DNA of 64,000 bases, taken from assembly GCA_965238175.1 (NCBI GenBank), contig CBDEGZ010000003.1, forward strand, positions 2,592,001-2,656,000, read 5' to 3'. Shown here piece after piece: positions 1 through 9,822 of this stretch. The notes under the pieces were generated by a model, which worked only from the letters and a program-made list of their open reading frames with translations, made no database searches and was not told where the DNA came from. Numbering within the stretch: the first letter of the stretch is position 1; every line of letters begins with the position of its first letter. The position numbers and the translations under genes are program-made. This DNA is from Gammaproteobacteria bacterium (lineage in GTDB: Bacteria > Pseudomonadota > Gammaproteobacteria > CAJXQU01).

Positions 1-1
1 C

Positions 2-610
2 GCGCTGCAATGGGCAATCGGTTTAGAAACCTTCCTGATGGTTGATGATCCATGGCGTGTATTCTTAACCACCGATCATCCAAATGGCGCACCATTTACC
101 TCCTATCCACATTTGATCAGATTGCTAATGGATCGATCATTTCGAAATGACATGTTGCATACGATCAATAAAGAAGCTGCTGACATGACCGTATTAGGTT
201 CGATTGATCGTGAATATTCTCTCTACGAAATCGCCATCATGACACGTGCGGCACCAGCAAAAAGTCTTGGCTTAACAGATCGTGGACAACTCGGCGCAGG
301 AGCAGCAGCAGATATTACTGTCTATAAAGAAATGGACAACAAAGAGAAAATGTTCGAGAAACCGGAATACGTTTTCAAAGATGGTGAGCTGGTGGCGCAG
401 AACGGCAAAATTGTCAAAGTCACCAATGGTACAACACATACCATCAAACCAGATTATGACAAGAGTATTGAGAAATCACTTGATGAATTCTTTAGAAAAT
501 ACCATACCGTCGCACTTGAAAATATCGTCGTCTCCGAAGATGAAATTATTGATGAAGGTCGAGGCAGTGTAAGTACCCATATCTGTAATCGGGAGGGAAC
601 AGCAGCATGA
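2..610 (+). CDS. fhcA: Formyltransferase/hydrolase complex subunit A (FwdA/FmdA-like), 5'-truncated by the window edge
   Basis: Frame is open from base 2 (ALQWAIGLETFLMVDDPWRVFLTTDHPNGAPF). TTDHPNG and GAxADI amidohydrolase motifs are present. Overlaps the fhcD start (ATGA). Confidence 0.9.
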   Translation, partial: ALQWAIGLETFLMVDDPWRVFLTTDHPNGAPFTSYPHLIRLLMDRSFRNDMLHTINKEAADMTVLGSIDREYSLYEIAIMTRAAPAKSLGLTDRGQLGAGAAADITVYKEMDNKEKMFEKPEYVFKDGELVAQNGKIVKVTNGTTHTIKPDYDKSIEKSLDEFFRKYHTVALENIVVSEDEIIDEGRGSVSTHICNREGTAA

Positions 611-1503
611 AGATTAACGGTGTAGCTATCGATAATACTTTCGCTGAAGCCTTTCCAATGAAGGCAACACGGATCATCATCACGGCAATCAATCGTAAGT
701 GGGCATATCACTCAGCGATAGCCATGACCGGTTTTGCGACCTCGGTTATTGCTTGTGGTTGCGAATCATCTATCGAAAAAGAATTAGAACCGCACGAAAC
801 GCCTGATGGTCGTCCTGGGATCTCTGTCCTACTTTTCACCATGAGTGAAAAAGAAATGATCAAACAGATCCAGAACCGCGTTGGCCAATGTGTTTTAACG
901 TCTCCAACCAGTGCTTGTTTCAGTGGCAATCATGAAGGTAAAAAAATCGCATTAGGACAAAGCCTCAGATACTTCGGTGATGGTTTTCAAATCTCAAAAA
1001 AAATTGATGGCGTTCGTTATTGGCGTGTACCAGCGATGGATGGCGAATTTCTGGTGGCAGAAAGTACACATATGACCAAAGCCATTGGTGGTGGCAACTT
1101 TTTAGTCCTGGCTGAAAATCAGAAAGCTGCTCTAACCGCCTGTGAAAAAGCCATCAAAGCGATGAAAAAAATCCCTGATGTAATCATGCCGTTTCCGGGT
1201 GGCGTTGTTCGCTCAGGATCAAAAGTAGGATCAAAATATCCATCGCTCCCAGCTTCAACCAATGACGCTTTTTGCCCAACATTAAAAGGCCAGGTTAAAT
1301 CCGAATTGGACAGCGACATCGGTTCAGTCATGGAGATCGTTATCGATGGCCTGTCACAAGAAGCCATTAGTGACGCGACGCGAGTTGGCGTTTTAGCCGC
1401 TTGTTCTATGGGCAGTAAAAAAGGCATCAAACGCATCAGCGCTGGCAACTACGGCGGCAGCCTTGGCCCTTACCATTTCCATCTTAGAAAAATTTTAAAG
1501 TGA
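607..1503 (+). CDS. fhcD: Formylmethanofuran--tetrahydromethanopterin N-formyltransferase (Ftr)
   Basis: DNTFAEAF start, TPDGRPG, GGGN, PFPGGVVRSGSKVGS and ISAGNYGG motifs. Confidence 0.95.
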   Translation: MKINGVAIDNTFAEAFPMKATRIIITAINRKWAYHSAIAMTGFATSVIACGCESSIEKELEPHETPDGRPGISVLLFTMSEKEMIKQIQNRVGQCVLTSPTSACFSGNHEGKKIALGQSLRYFGDGFQISKKIDGVRYWRVPAMDGEFLVAESTHMTKAIGGGNFLVLAENQKAALTACEKAIKAMKKIPDVIMPFPGGVVRSGSKVGSKYPSLPASTNDAFCPTLKGQVKSELDSDIGSVMEIVIDGLSQEAISDATRVGVLAACSMGSKKGIKRISAGNYGGSLGPYHFHLRKILK

Positions 1504-1515
1504 GTCGTCAATAGA

Positions 1516-2334
1516 ATGAGCAAACCGTTAACTTTCACACTAAAAGAAAAACTCACTCATCGACTCGATCTCTCTGATCTGATCCCAAACGAGCTTGGAA
1601 ACAAATCACTCGCGAAGATCAAAAAGATTAAGATCTACGTCGGTAAAAAAAGAATTGATGTCGAAAAAATTTTTGATCTTGATGGAACGGATACACAAAA
1701 TATTATCTTCAAAAAAGCCAATGATCTTTTTGATAGCGTGGGTCGAAACATGACACAAGGCTCTATCGAAGTTCGAGGTTCAGTTGGAGATCGTCTAGGC
1801 CAAGATATGAACGGCGGAACCATACTCGTCAAAGGCAATGCTGATGATTGGGTCGGCACCGGCATGCGCAAAGGCAATATCACCATTCAAAAAAATGCCC
1901 GAAAATTTCTAGGTGGCGCCCTGCCCGGCCAGTCTCATGGGCTACGTGGTGGCCAAATTCACGTGTGTGGTGATGTCGCTGATAGAGCAGGCGACAAAAT
2001 GCGCCGTGGTATGATCGTCATCGAAGGTAATACTGGTGATTACGCCGGATCAAAAATGATCGCAGGAACGATTATGATCTGTGGTCAAACAGGCAAGAAC
2101 GTCGGCTTCGCAATGAAACGCGGTACGATCATACTTAATGCTGTACCGGAAGGTATTCCCGCCACGTTCAACGACTGTGGCACATTTGAACTTGCTTTCC
2201 TTAAGCTAATTTTTAATTCACTGGCGAATTCAAGCCGTCGCTTGAAAGAACTAAAAACCTACTCTTCCTGGGCAACTCGCTATGCTGGTGATTTAGGGAT
2301 TGATGGTAAGGGTGAATTGTTGATTCTGGAATAA
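1516..2334 (+). CDS. fhcC: Formyltransferase/hydrolase complex subunit C (FwdC-like GXGXG beta-helix)
   Basis: Repeated G-x-x-M-x-x-G-x-I-x-x-x-G units; last gene of the fhcADC run. Confidence 0.93.
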   Translation: MSKPLTFTLKEKLTHRLDLSDLIPNELGNKSLAKIKKIKIYVGKKRIDVEKIFDLDGTDTQNIIFKKANDLFDSVGRNMTQGSIEVRGSVGDRLGQDMNGGTILVKGNADDWVGTGMRKGNITIQKNARKFLGGALPGQSHGLRGGQIHVCGDVADRAGDKMRRGMIVIEGNTGDYAGSKMIAGTIMICGQTGKNVGFAMKRGTIILNAVPEGIPATFNDCGTFELAFLKLIFNSLANSSRRLKELKTYSSWATRYAGDLGIDGKGELLILE

Positions 2335-2402
2335 AACTTAATAGTTTATATGGTGTAATTCGATCATTAATTTATTGAGGCATAACTCTAGTTAGGCAAT
2401 CC

Positions 2403-2648
2403 ATGAATCAAAACGCATACAATATATATAACGTATTGGATAAGGTCAGAAAAAGACCAGGGATGTATATTGGTGAAGAAACGCTAGAGAATATGAGTGC
2501 ATATTTAGCAGGCTACCAAACGGCGATGAGGGATCTCGAAATAAAAGATATCGCCGAGCCAAAGTTCTATGTGCTCATGCAGAAAAAGAATAATACTGTG
2601 ATCAAAAACTATGTGAATCTCGAAGTTATAGAAATCTTATTCATGTGA
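2403..2648 (+). CDS. Small hypothetical protein (RKRPGMYIG motif), possibly 3'-truncated
   Basis: 81-aa ORF. The N-terminal ~55 aa look protein-like; the tail runs into AT-rich sequence. Confidence 0.45.
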   Translation: MNQNAYNIYNVLDKVRKRPGMYIGEETLENMSAYLAGYQTAMRDLEIKDIAEPKFYVLMQKKNNTVIKNYVNLEVIEILFM

Positions 2649-2984
2649 GTTTACTTTCCTTATTTATACTAAAGATGTAGCACCTTTCATGCAAATATAA
2701 GTATCATGCTTTTCATTTTGCATGTAGCACCACTGTGTACAAGATCAATTAAGCGCTTGGCTAGAAGAAATCTCTAAAATAACCAAATTCAATGAACTAA
2801 CATTTCTTTTTGCTCAAACCTACCAGACCAACCCATTAATTTACTTTATTTTCAATTAGTTATGATTTATATCGAATAATTCAAGTTTCTCCCAAGCTTG
2901 AATGTGTCGCCTTGAGACGACAAAAATGCTCTTTAATATCGATAGAATAAAAAATTGACTTAACGTAAGCCGACATTCAATGAT

Positions 2985-3003
2985 GCCTGATTACGCTAGC
3001 TAA
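2985..3003. repeat. Degenerate partial copy of the GTAG-type REP at 4989-5018
   Basis: gcctgattacgctagctaa versus gtctgattacgctatgctaa. Confidence 0.35.
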
Positions 3004-3069
3004 AAGTTAACTTACTATTTCTGAATCTATCTTAAATTGAGTGAATAACAAGAGATTCTAAATACACCA

Positions 3070-4674
3070 CTATATGGTCTTCCATTCACCATCTTCATCT
3101 GTATTTTGTACGTCTCTTAATTCAGTAATAAACTCGTCAGCGAAGCCCGTACCAACTTCGGTATAAAAATTAAATACCTTATCGATCCCCAATTCGACAA
3201 GCTGCTCACGTTCATCTTCGTAGCGAACGACAGCTGCAATCTGCCCCTGGTAATTCGCATTCCTTAATTGCGTTGTTATATTACTGATATCCTCAATAGA
3301 GGCGATGGTGATTAGAACCAATTTGATCGCAGATACGTCAATACTTTCCCATAAATCATGGTCTTCGCCATCACCATAAAAAACATGCTGACCTTTATCT
3401 GTTAATTTTTTTATTTTTTCTTGATCGGCATCCATCCCCCAAGCTCTATCTCCAATCAGTTTATACAATTCCTGAAATGCACCCTGCCCGACACGACCCA
3501 AACCGATAACCATGACCTCAGCATTTTCTGGTTGTACAAAAACATCTTCCTTAAGCAATTTTTTCCGCTCGAAACGTTTAATGATATTTTTATATTTTGA
3601 ATAGATGTTATGTGCAGAGTGATACAGTACGCTGGTAAAAATAAACGAGATTGAAACGGCTAGCGCCAGGATTACCAACCATTCATTACTTATCCAACCT
3701 GCTTCTGTACTAATGGCCAGAACGATAAGACCAAACTCACTAAAATTACTAAGTGCTAATGCGGACAGATAGGCGCTTCGTCCTCGAACACGTAAACCTG
3801 TGAAGATAAAAAAGAATAGAAAAAATTTCAGAATAAGCAGCAAACTTAATCCTAATGCCATCAACAGCATCGAAAAATCAGGTAACGCGACAAAACCAAT
3901 CGAGAGAAAAAAGCCGATCAAAAAGATATCTTTAAACGCTAATAATGATTTTGAAAGTTCACTCGCTTTATGATGTTGACTGATCAACATACCAAAGATT
4001 AATGTGCCTAGATCACCTTTTATCCCTACAAGAGAAAATAATTCATAAGCGCCAAGCGCGATAAAAAAACCTGTTAGGGGTAGTAATTCACCATGCCCGG
4101 CCTTGCTTAATACTAAGCCGATCAAAGGACGAGTAAACGGTAATCCAAATAATAGCAGTGCCCAAATGGTTGGCGTCTTTCCCGTCGCAAACACCAGAAA
4201 TACCACCGCAATAATGTCCTGCATAACGAGTACGGCAATAGACAATCTACCGTGGCGAGTTTTCATTTCGCCGCTTTCTTCGAGCATTTTTACGATACAA
4301 ACGGTACTACTGAAACTCAAAGCAAAACCAAGCAACGCTGCGGATTGCAGGTTAAGACCAAGAAAATAAGGCACTGATATAGTCACTAGCAACATGGCTA
4401 ATGAGACAAATAGCACTGTCAAGATCAACATATTGGACGCAGTGCCGGCCCAAACTTCTCGCTTGAGTAGGTCTCTGGCATTGAGCTTAAGGCCGATGGT
4501 AAACAGCATCAAAGTGATACCAAGATCAGCGAGAGTATTGAGACTCTCGTCAGGTTCAACACCCATAAAGTTGAGAAGAAATCCCGCAAACAGAAACCCG
4601 ATCAGCGGTGGTAAGGCCAGGAGCTTTACGCAAAAACCACAAATAAAGGCAAATAATATCCAGATAAAATCCAT
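3070..4674 (-). CDS. CPA2/Kef-type cation:proton antiporter with C-terminal TrkA-N (KTN) domain
   Basis: Many TM helices, LFTIGLK, SFSSTV and QD motifs, Rossmann GLGRVG. ATG at 4674 preferred over TTG at 4704. Confidence 0.88.
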   Translation of the reverse strand: MDFIWILFAFICGFCVKLLALPPLIGFLFAGFLLNFMGVEPDESLNTLADLGITLMLFTIGLKLNARDLLKREVWAGTASNMLILTVLFVSLAMLLVTISVPYFLGLNLQSAALLGFALSFSSTVCIVKMLEESGEMKTRHGRLSIAVLVMQDIIAVVFLVFATGKTPTIWALLLFGLPFTRPLIGLVLSKAGHGELLPLTGFFIALGAYELFSLVGIKGDLGTLIFGMLISQHHKASELSKSLLAFKDIFLIGFFLSIGFVALPDFSMLLMALGLSLLLILKFFLFFFIFTGLRVRGRSAYLSALALSNFSEFGLIVLAISTEAGWISNEWLVILALAVSISFIFTSVLYHSAHNIYSKYKNIIKRFERKKLLKEDVFVQPENAEVMVIGLGRVGQGAFQELYKLIGDRAWGMDADQEKIKKLTDKGQHVFYGDGEDHDLWESIDVSAIKLVLITIASIEDISNITTQLRNANYQGQIAAVVRYEDEREQLVELGIDKVFNFYTEVGTGFADEFITELRDVQNTDEDGEWKTI

Positions 4675-4942
4675 AATGATTTTTGTGTAATATAAGTTAT
4701 TCAAACAAACGTTTGCAAACTTTTTTCATAGCAACTTTTTGTTGCTGCTATGTAAACAAAACCCACTGTTAGTTATTCACGTTTTGATCTAACTATTTGT
4801 TTATCGGCAAAAATATTTGACACTAAAGCTTTAGAAATCCTGCCACTTAAATAACTAACCTTGTAATACTCAAAATAAAAGAAGTCGGTAGATGTGGGTA
4901 TTAATTAAAATTATTGAATTAGTTAGCTTAGGCTAAGTAGTA

Positions 4943-4970
4943 TATACCCGTTCCACCTGGAGCGGGTATA
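4943..4970. repeat. 28-bp palindrome resembling fused ERIC/IRU-type MITE ends
   Basis: TATACCCGTTCCA-CC-TGGAGCGGGTATA: 13-bp arms, one mismatch, TA termini. Confidence 0.5.
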
Positions 4971-4988
4971 AACCCTCATTCGATTAGT

Positions 4989-5018
4989 GTCTGATTACGC
5001 TATGCTAATCAGACCTAC
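4989..5018 (-). repeat. GTAG-family REP-like palindrome
   Basis: Minus strand reads GTAG-GTCTGATTA-GCATAGCG-TAATCAGAC: a GTAG tetranucleotide followed by a perfect 9-bp stem. Confidence 0.65.
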
Positions 5019-5026
5019 AAAACTGT

Positions 5027-5354
5027 GTGGTATGATCACCATCGAAGGTAATACTGGTGGTTATGTCGGATCAAAAATGATCTCAGGAACCATTATGATC
5101 TGTGGTCAAACTGGCGAAAATGTTGGCTTCGCAATGAAACGCGACACGATCATACTTAATGATATACTGGAAGGTATTCCCGCCACGTTCAACAACTGCG
5201 GCACATTTGAACTTGCTTCCTTAAGCTGATCTTTAATTCATTGGTTAATTCAAACCGTCGCTTGAAAGACTTGAAGACCTACTCATCTTGGGCGACTCGC
5301 TATGCAGGTGATTTGGGGATTGGTGGTAAGGGTGAATTACTGATCCTGGCATAA
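5027..5354 (+). pseudogene. fhcC: Duplicated 3' fragment of fhcC with a frameshift
   Basis: Aligns to 2006-2334 with about 40 differences in about 330 bp (manual count). Has a 1-bp deletion near 5218 (gctttcc to gcttcc) and no 5' portion. Confidence 0.92.
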
Positions 5355-5620
5355 AAGCTTTTGTTATTTGATCTAAGATCAGTTTTATTTCTTGTTAGTT
5401 AGACGCGTACAGTAGCTAGCACAAAACAAGACCATTATTCGTGTAACCGTCCATACCGGCTAGCATAAGTTATCGTGTCCCATCATTATAACCATTGCTG
5501 TTCATCCGTCTCATCTATTGTTGGTGATATCCCTGCATACTTTCTAATTGTCATTTTATGAGCTTTAATGTATTGAACAAAAATAAATTTTTACTGTCGT
5601 AGTCCTTTTGTGTAAAAAAG

Positions 5621-6244
5621 GTGAAAAACATGTACATTTCAATACCTCGACAAATGTTCCGAGCGTTGTTCTACCGCCTACATCTATCTATGACGGTCAA
5701 AAGACTGTCCATTAATTTATTGATCATTGCTATTTGTACCGTGGTAATATTAAAGCCTTCTATTGCCGATACCTTAAGCAAACCTTTCCCTGCAGCTGAA
5801 TTTCATCATAGCCAAGCAAAAGATTGGATCAATTCAGAACCCTTAACACTGGATGACCTGAAAGGTAAAGTTGTGCTATTAGACTTTTGGACTTTCGGTT
5901 GTTGGAACTGTTATAACTCTTTCCCGTGGTTGAATAATTTAGAAAAACGACTTGAAGCAAAAGGTCTGCAAGTTATCGGTGTACATACACCTGAGTCTGC
6001 TCATGAAAAAAATAGAAGTAATATCGAAGCTAAGGCAACGGAATTTAAATTACACCATCCAATTATGATCGATAACGATTTTACCTACTGGCGTGCTATG
6101 AATAATAAGTATTGGCCGGCGTATTATCTCATCGATAAAAAAGGCCAAGTCCGTTCGGTCTTCTTTGGCGAAACCCATGAAGGCGACCAACAAGCCATCC
6201 GTATTGAAAAACTGATAAACGAACTATTAGAAGAGTCTGCGTAA
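5621..6244 (+). CDS. Exported redoxin/thioredoxin-fold protein (TlpA/DipZ-like); start uncertain
   Basis: LKGKVVLLDFWTFGCWNC, IGVHTPE and YWPAYYLID motifs; hydrophobic N-terminal segment. Confidence 0.85.
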   Translation: MKNMYISIPRQMFRALFYRLHLSMTVKRLSINLLIIAICTVVILKPSIADTLSKPFPAAEFHHSQAKDWINSEPLTLDDLKGKVVLLDFWTFGCWNCYNSFPWLNNLEKRLEAKGLQVIGVHTPESAHEKNRSNIEAKATEFKLHHPIMIDNDFTYWRAMNNKYWPAYYLIDKKGQVRSVFFGETHEGDQQAIRIEKLINELLEESA

Positions 6245-6270
6245 ACTCTTTTTATTTTTAAGACATCTCA

Positions 6271-7389
6271 ATGACTATTTTTATAATTTTATTCATTACT
6301 ACTTGCTTCCTGGCTTATGCCAACGGTGCTAACGATAACTTCAAAGGCGTAGCCACATTATTTGGTAGTGGTACAACTAGTTATCGCCAAGCAATCGGTT
6401 GGGCAACCATTACTACCTTTGCCGGTTCTGTTTGCTCTATCTTCCTCGCAGAAAAATTATTGAAGAATTTTACCGGTAAAGGCTTAGTGCCCATTGAAAT
6501 AACTGCATCACCTGAGTTTTTAGCTGCTGTTGCCTTGGGTGCAGGGTTAACTGTTTTATTAACCGCATTGCGCGGTTTACCCATTTCAACAACTCATAGT
6601 TTAGTCGGTGGTCTGATCGGTAGTGGTTTTATGGCGGTAGGTTCCCAGGTTAACTTTAACTTCCTCGGCAAAACTTTTTTTATTCCTTTATTAATCAGCC
6701 CTCTTATTGCGGTATGTCTCGCCTTTGTTGTTTATTGGTTTTTTCGTTCTGTTAGAAATTATTTTGGTATCAACAAAGAATGGTGTGCTTGCATTGGTGA
6801 AACAAATGAGTTTGTTCCGGTCACCGCGATACCTTCTGAACAAGCTATAAAATTTCATCAAACAATTGATGCCAATATCAACACCGAATCAAATTGCCAA
6901 CTGCATTACACCGGTAATGTTCTCGGCATTAATCTACAAAAATTATTAGATATAGGTCATTACATCAGTGCTGGTATGGTTAGCTTTGCACGTGGTTTAA
7001 ACGACACACCCAAGATCGTTGCTCTATTGTTAGCCATACAAGGATTGTCGATCAAGTTAAGCATGATTGCCGTTGCAGTAGGTATGGCAATAGGTGGTTT
7101 GTTAAATGCAAAATACATCGCAAAAACCATGGGAAAAAAGATTACACCTATGAGCCACAGTCAAGGCTTTGCTGCCAATCTGGTGACAGGTTTTATGGTG
7201 ATCTTTGCCAGTCGCATTGGTGTGCCTGTATCAACGACTCATGTATCAGTTGGTTCTCTGTTTGGTATCGGCTTAATAACGGGCAGAACGGACAAACGTG
7301 TTGTTTCTAAAATTCTATTGTCCTGGGTTTTAACTTTACCCGTTGCTGCATTATTGAGTGGGATATCTTATTGGCTGCTTAGCTTTTGA
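6271..7389 (+). CDS. Inorganic phosphate transporter (PiT/PHO4 family)
   Basis: NGAND, PISTTH, GLND and PVSTTH signature repeats. Confidence 0.9.
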   Translation: MTIFIILFITTCFLAYANGANDNFKGVATLFGSGTTSYRQAIGWATITTFAGSVCSIFLAEKLLKNFTGKGLVPIEITASPEFLAAVALGAGLTVLLTALRGLPISTTHSLVGGLIGSGFMAVGSQVNFNFLGKTFFIPLLISPLIAVCLAFVVYWFFRSVRNYFGINKEWCACIGETNEFVPVTAIPSEQAIKFHQTIDANINTESNCQLHYTGNVLGINLQKLLDIGHYISAGMVSFARGLNDTPKIVALLLAIQGLSIKLSMIAVAVGMAIGGLLNAKYIAKTMGKKITPMSHSQGFAANLVTGFMVIFASRIGVPVSTTHVSVGSLFGIGLITGRTDKRVVSKILLSWVLTLPVAALLSGISYWLLSF

Positions 7390-7522
7390 TATTATTTTTT
7401 AAGCATAAATATATTCTTGGTATTAAATACTTTTTAGACTCCTCATAACTTTGAATAAAAATCACATTTAGTAAATGTGGCTGATTATTCTAGAATATCT
7501 TTAGCCGCTCTAGCCATGTTAT

Positions 7523-9193
7523 TCAAGAGGTTACTTCTGATTTATGCAATGTGATCTGCTGGAATGGTATCTCCCATCCATATTTATTACAGGCATTCGC
7601 AAATGAGTAGATCATAGTCCGTTCTATTTCTTCATATAAGTGTGCAGATGTCCCTTTGATAAACGCTTCGTATTCATAGTCAAGTGAGGACGCATTGGGT
7701 AAAAAGAAATCGACCACAACTTTGTGGATCTCACTTTCGCCCATAATTTCTAACAGGTCTTCTTTAAACATAGCCGCCATTTTTTCTGGTATATCCGTTG
7801 TGCATTGTGCCTGGTATTTATAATCAATTCCAAACACCATTTGGATACGATAATTACGAGATAAATTGGTCGGGTTCAAACTCATAAACGTTTCTGTTGT
7901 ATAAGTTTGATGCGCGCCACCAAAAATTTCCAGCTCAACCATTTCTGGACTTTGGTAGATCACTTGGCCGATTGGTTTTTCCTCTAGTTCGACCCATTCA
8001 CCTATTTTACAGGGAAACCATTCTTCATCTTTTGCTGAGGGACGTGAAACCAGTCCCACAAGTTCTCGTAATGGAACATGTAAGCTGCCACCCGTCAGAT
8101 CTGGGTTAACCAAGTGTGAATAAAAATGCAGGCGATCAACCTTCCAGGAAACACCATTTAAAATTACGCGCTCACCTTCACGCACTGAACCAAGATTAAG
8201 CAACAGCATGATCTTTTCGATCATCATGGGTAGTGTTTTGAGCAAAATCCAACCTGTTGCAATTAAAAACAAACCACTAATACCCAGCAATAACCAATCA
8301 TTACGTAAGTTAAAAACAAACAAAGTAGCTAACATTGATATGACAAACGTAAGTAGCAGGCTAAGTAGATCGGTTAGTCGATCAAAAGTTGAAAGTCGTT
8401 GCGAATTTTTTTTATGCCAGATCTTTTTAACAATGGAATAAAAAAATCTTAAAAACAAAAATACCGCAAAAAAAGCTACCAAACCAAGAAGAAGATTTAA
8501 ACCTCTATTTTTAAAAAAATCTGAAAACACATCTCGCGTTGAAGTAAGAAAAGAACCCTTTGCTTCCAGTCGCGTTTTTAACCGGTGTTTAATTATTTTT
8601 TGATCCCCTTCACCATTTTCTAGCTCTAACTGCCAGTTCTCATGCATCTTTTGTAATGCAGCTTTCAAGTTTTCATCGTCCGCATTTGTTAATAACAAAT
8701 CGAGCCGTTTGATTGCCTTAGACGCAACCGATTTTTTATCCTCAACAGATTCAAGATCTTGCTTTAATTGTTCTATTTCCCGAGAATCCGACGTTATTGA
8801 ATTGAGTGCATAAATCATCGGTTGGATGAGTCTTTCAAACTCTTCATTTAGATTAAATGACTCTGGTTCTACTTTTCTATACGCTCCAATATCAACACCT
8901 GTTGCTACTGTTTCCAAATCTGTTTCTATTAGTTCAAGCTCAGATTTGAGTTCTTGATATGATTGCTCTTTCTGTTCTTCATCACTCTGCGCATTCTGTT
9001 TTTTTAGAATTCTTAATTTTTCTTTTAAGATTGCTTCTTTTTCTTGACTGGAAGTAAATAGAGAACGAAGCGTTTCAAGCGTCTCTTGAGTTTCTTTGCT
9101 GGTTTCTGTTTGAATATTTTCATCAGCAATAGTAATTGGTGAGATTAGAAAGAAAATCGCTATTACGATGAGTTTCATCTTCAAAAAATTCAT
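7523..9193 (-). CDS. MscS-like mechanosensitive channel family protein with exported coiled-coil N-terminus
   Basis: Signal peptide, long helical charged region, about 3 TM helices, GERV beta domain and FGIDY C-terminal domain. Confidence 0.6.
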   Translation of the reverse strand: MNFLKMKLIVIAIFFLISPITIADENIQTETSKETQETLETLRSLFTSSQEKEAILKEKLRILKKQNAQSDEEQKEQSYQELKSELELIETDLETVATGVDIGAYRKVEPESFNLNEEFERLIQPMIYALNSITSDSREIEQLKQDLESVEDKKSVASKAIKRLDLLLTNADDENLKAALQKMHENWQLELENGEGDQKIIKHRLKTRLEAKGSFLTSTRDVFSDFFKNRGLNLLLGLVAFFAVFLFLRFFYSIVKKIWHKKNSQRLSTFDRLTDLLSLLLTFVISMLATLFVFNLRNDWLLLGISGLFLIATGWILLKTLPMMIEKIMLLLNLGSVREGERVILNGVSWKVDRLHFYSHLVNPDLTGGSLHVPLRELVGLVSRPSAKDEEWFPCKIGEWVELEEKPIGQVIYQSPEMVELEIFGGAHQTYTTETFMSLNPTNLSRNYRIQMVFGIDYKYQAQCTTDIPEKMAAMFKEDLLEIMGESEIHKVVVDFFLPNASSLDYEYEAFIKGTSAHLYEEIERTMIYSFANACNKYGWEIPFQQITLHKSEVTS

Positions 9194-9285
9194 AATACAT
9201 AACCCGAAAAGTTGTTATTTAATTGGTGGGAACATACTATCAGAGTTGACTTTAATAGATGCCTAAATAGACAAAAAATTGCAAT

Positions 9286-9822
9286 ATGTCCGAAGATAAC
9301 AAAACTCAAGATCTCGATTTATTCCAACAATCAGTCAGCATCGATAAAAAACTCAAATTCGATGGTATTAAACCGGTTCGTAAAAAACTAGAAACCACGA
9401 TCAAAAACTCGGAAGAACACGAGAATAATGTGGTCGATAATATGTTCTCAGAAGACTATGAGCCAGCCGTTCTTGAAACCGGTGACGAACTATTCTTCTA
9501 CCGTCCAGGCGTTTCAAAAGCAGTCTTTCGAAAATTCAGAAAAGGGCAATTTAATATTCAAAGTGAACTCGATCTTCACGGTATGACAGTTTCTATGGCT
9601 CGTGAAGAGTTGGCTAACTTTTTGCGTTATTGTCACAAGACTGGAAAACGTTATGTGAGAATTATTCATGGAAAAGGTCGAGGTTCGGTTCAGGGTCAAC
9701 CAGTGATCAAAAATAAAGTCAATATCTGGTTGCAACAGCGTGATGAGATACTCGCATTTTGTTCTGCGAGGCCTGCCGATGGAGGAACAGGTGCGATCTA
9801 TGTTTTGATCAAAAAATCGTGA
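9286..9822 (+). CDS. Smr domain endonuclease (SmrA-like)
   Basis: LDLHGMT, IIHGKG and GGTGA motifs. Confidence 0.9.
   Translation: MSEDNKTQDLDLFQQSVSIDKKLKFDGIKPVRKKLETTIKNSEEHENNVVDNMFSEDYEPAVLETGDELFFYRPGVSKAVFRKFRKGQFNIQSELDLHGMTVSMAREELANFLRYCHKTGKRYVRIIHGKGRGSVQGQPVIKNKVNIWLQQRDEILAFCSARPADGGTGAIYVLIKKS

Noticed and set aside
2403-2648. VRKRPGMYIG matches the N-terminal motif of GyrB/ParE
   Set aside because: The following sequence lacks the GHKL E-x-x-D-N motif and the ORF is only 81 aa, so it is not a topoisomerase gene.
2905-2922. Imperfect palindrome TGTCGCC-TTGA-GACGACA in the islet spacer
   Set aside because: Single, short and mismatched, with no adjacent gene start to regulate.
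4987-5229. 80-aa ORF in the ORF track
   Set aside because: It starts inside the REP palindrome and reads into the frameshifted fhcC duplicate; treated as a pseudogene.
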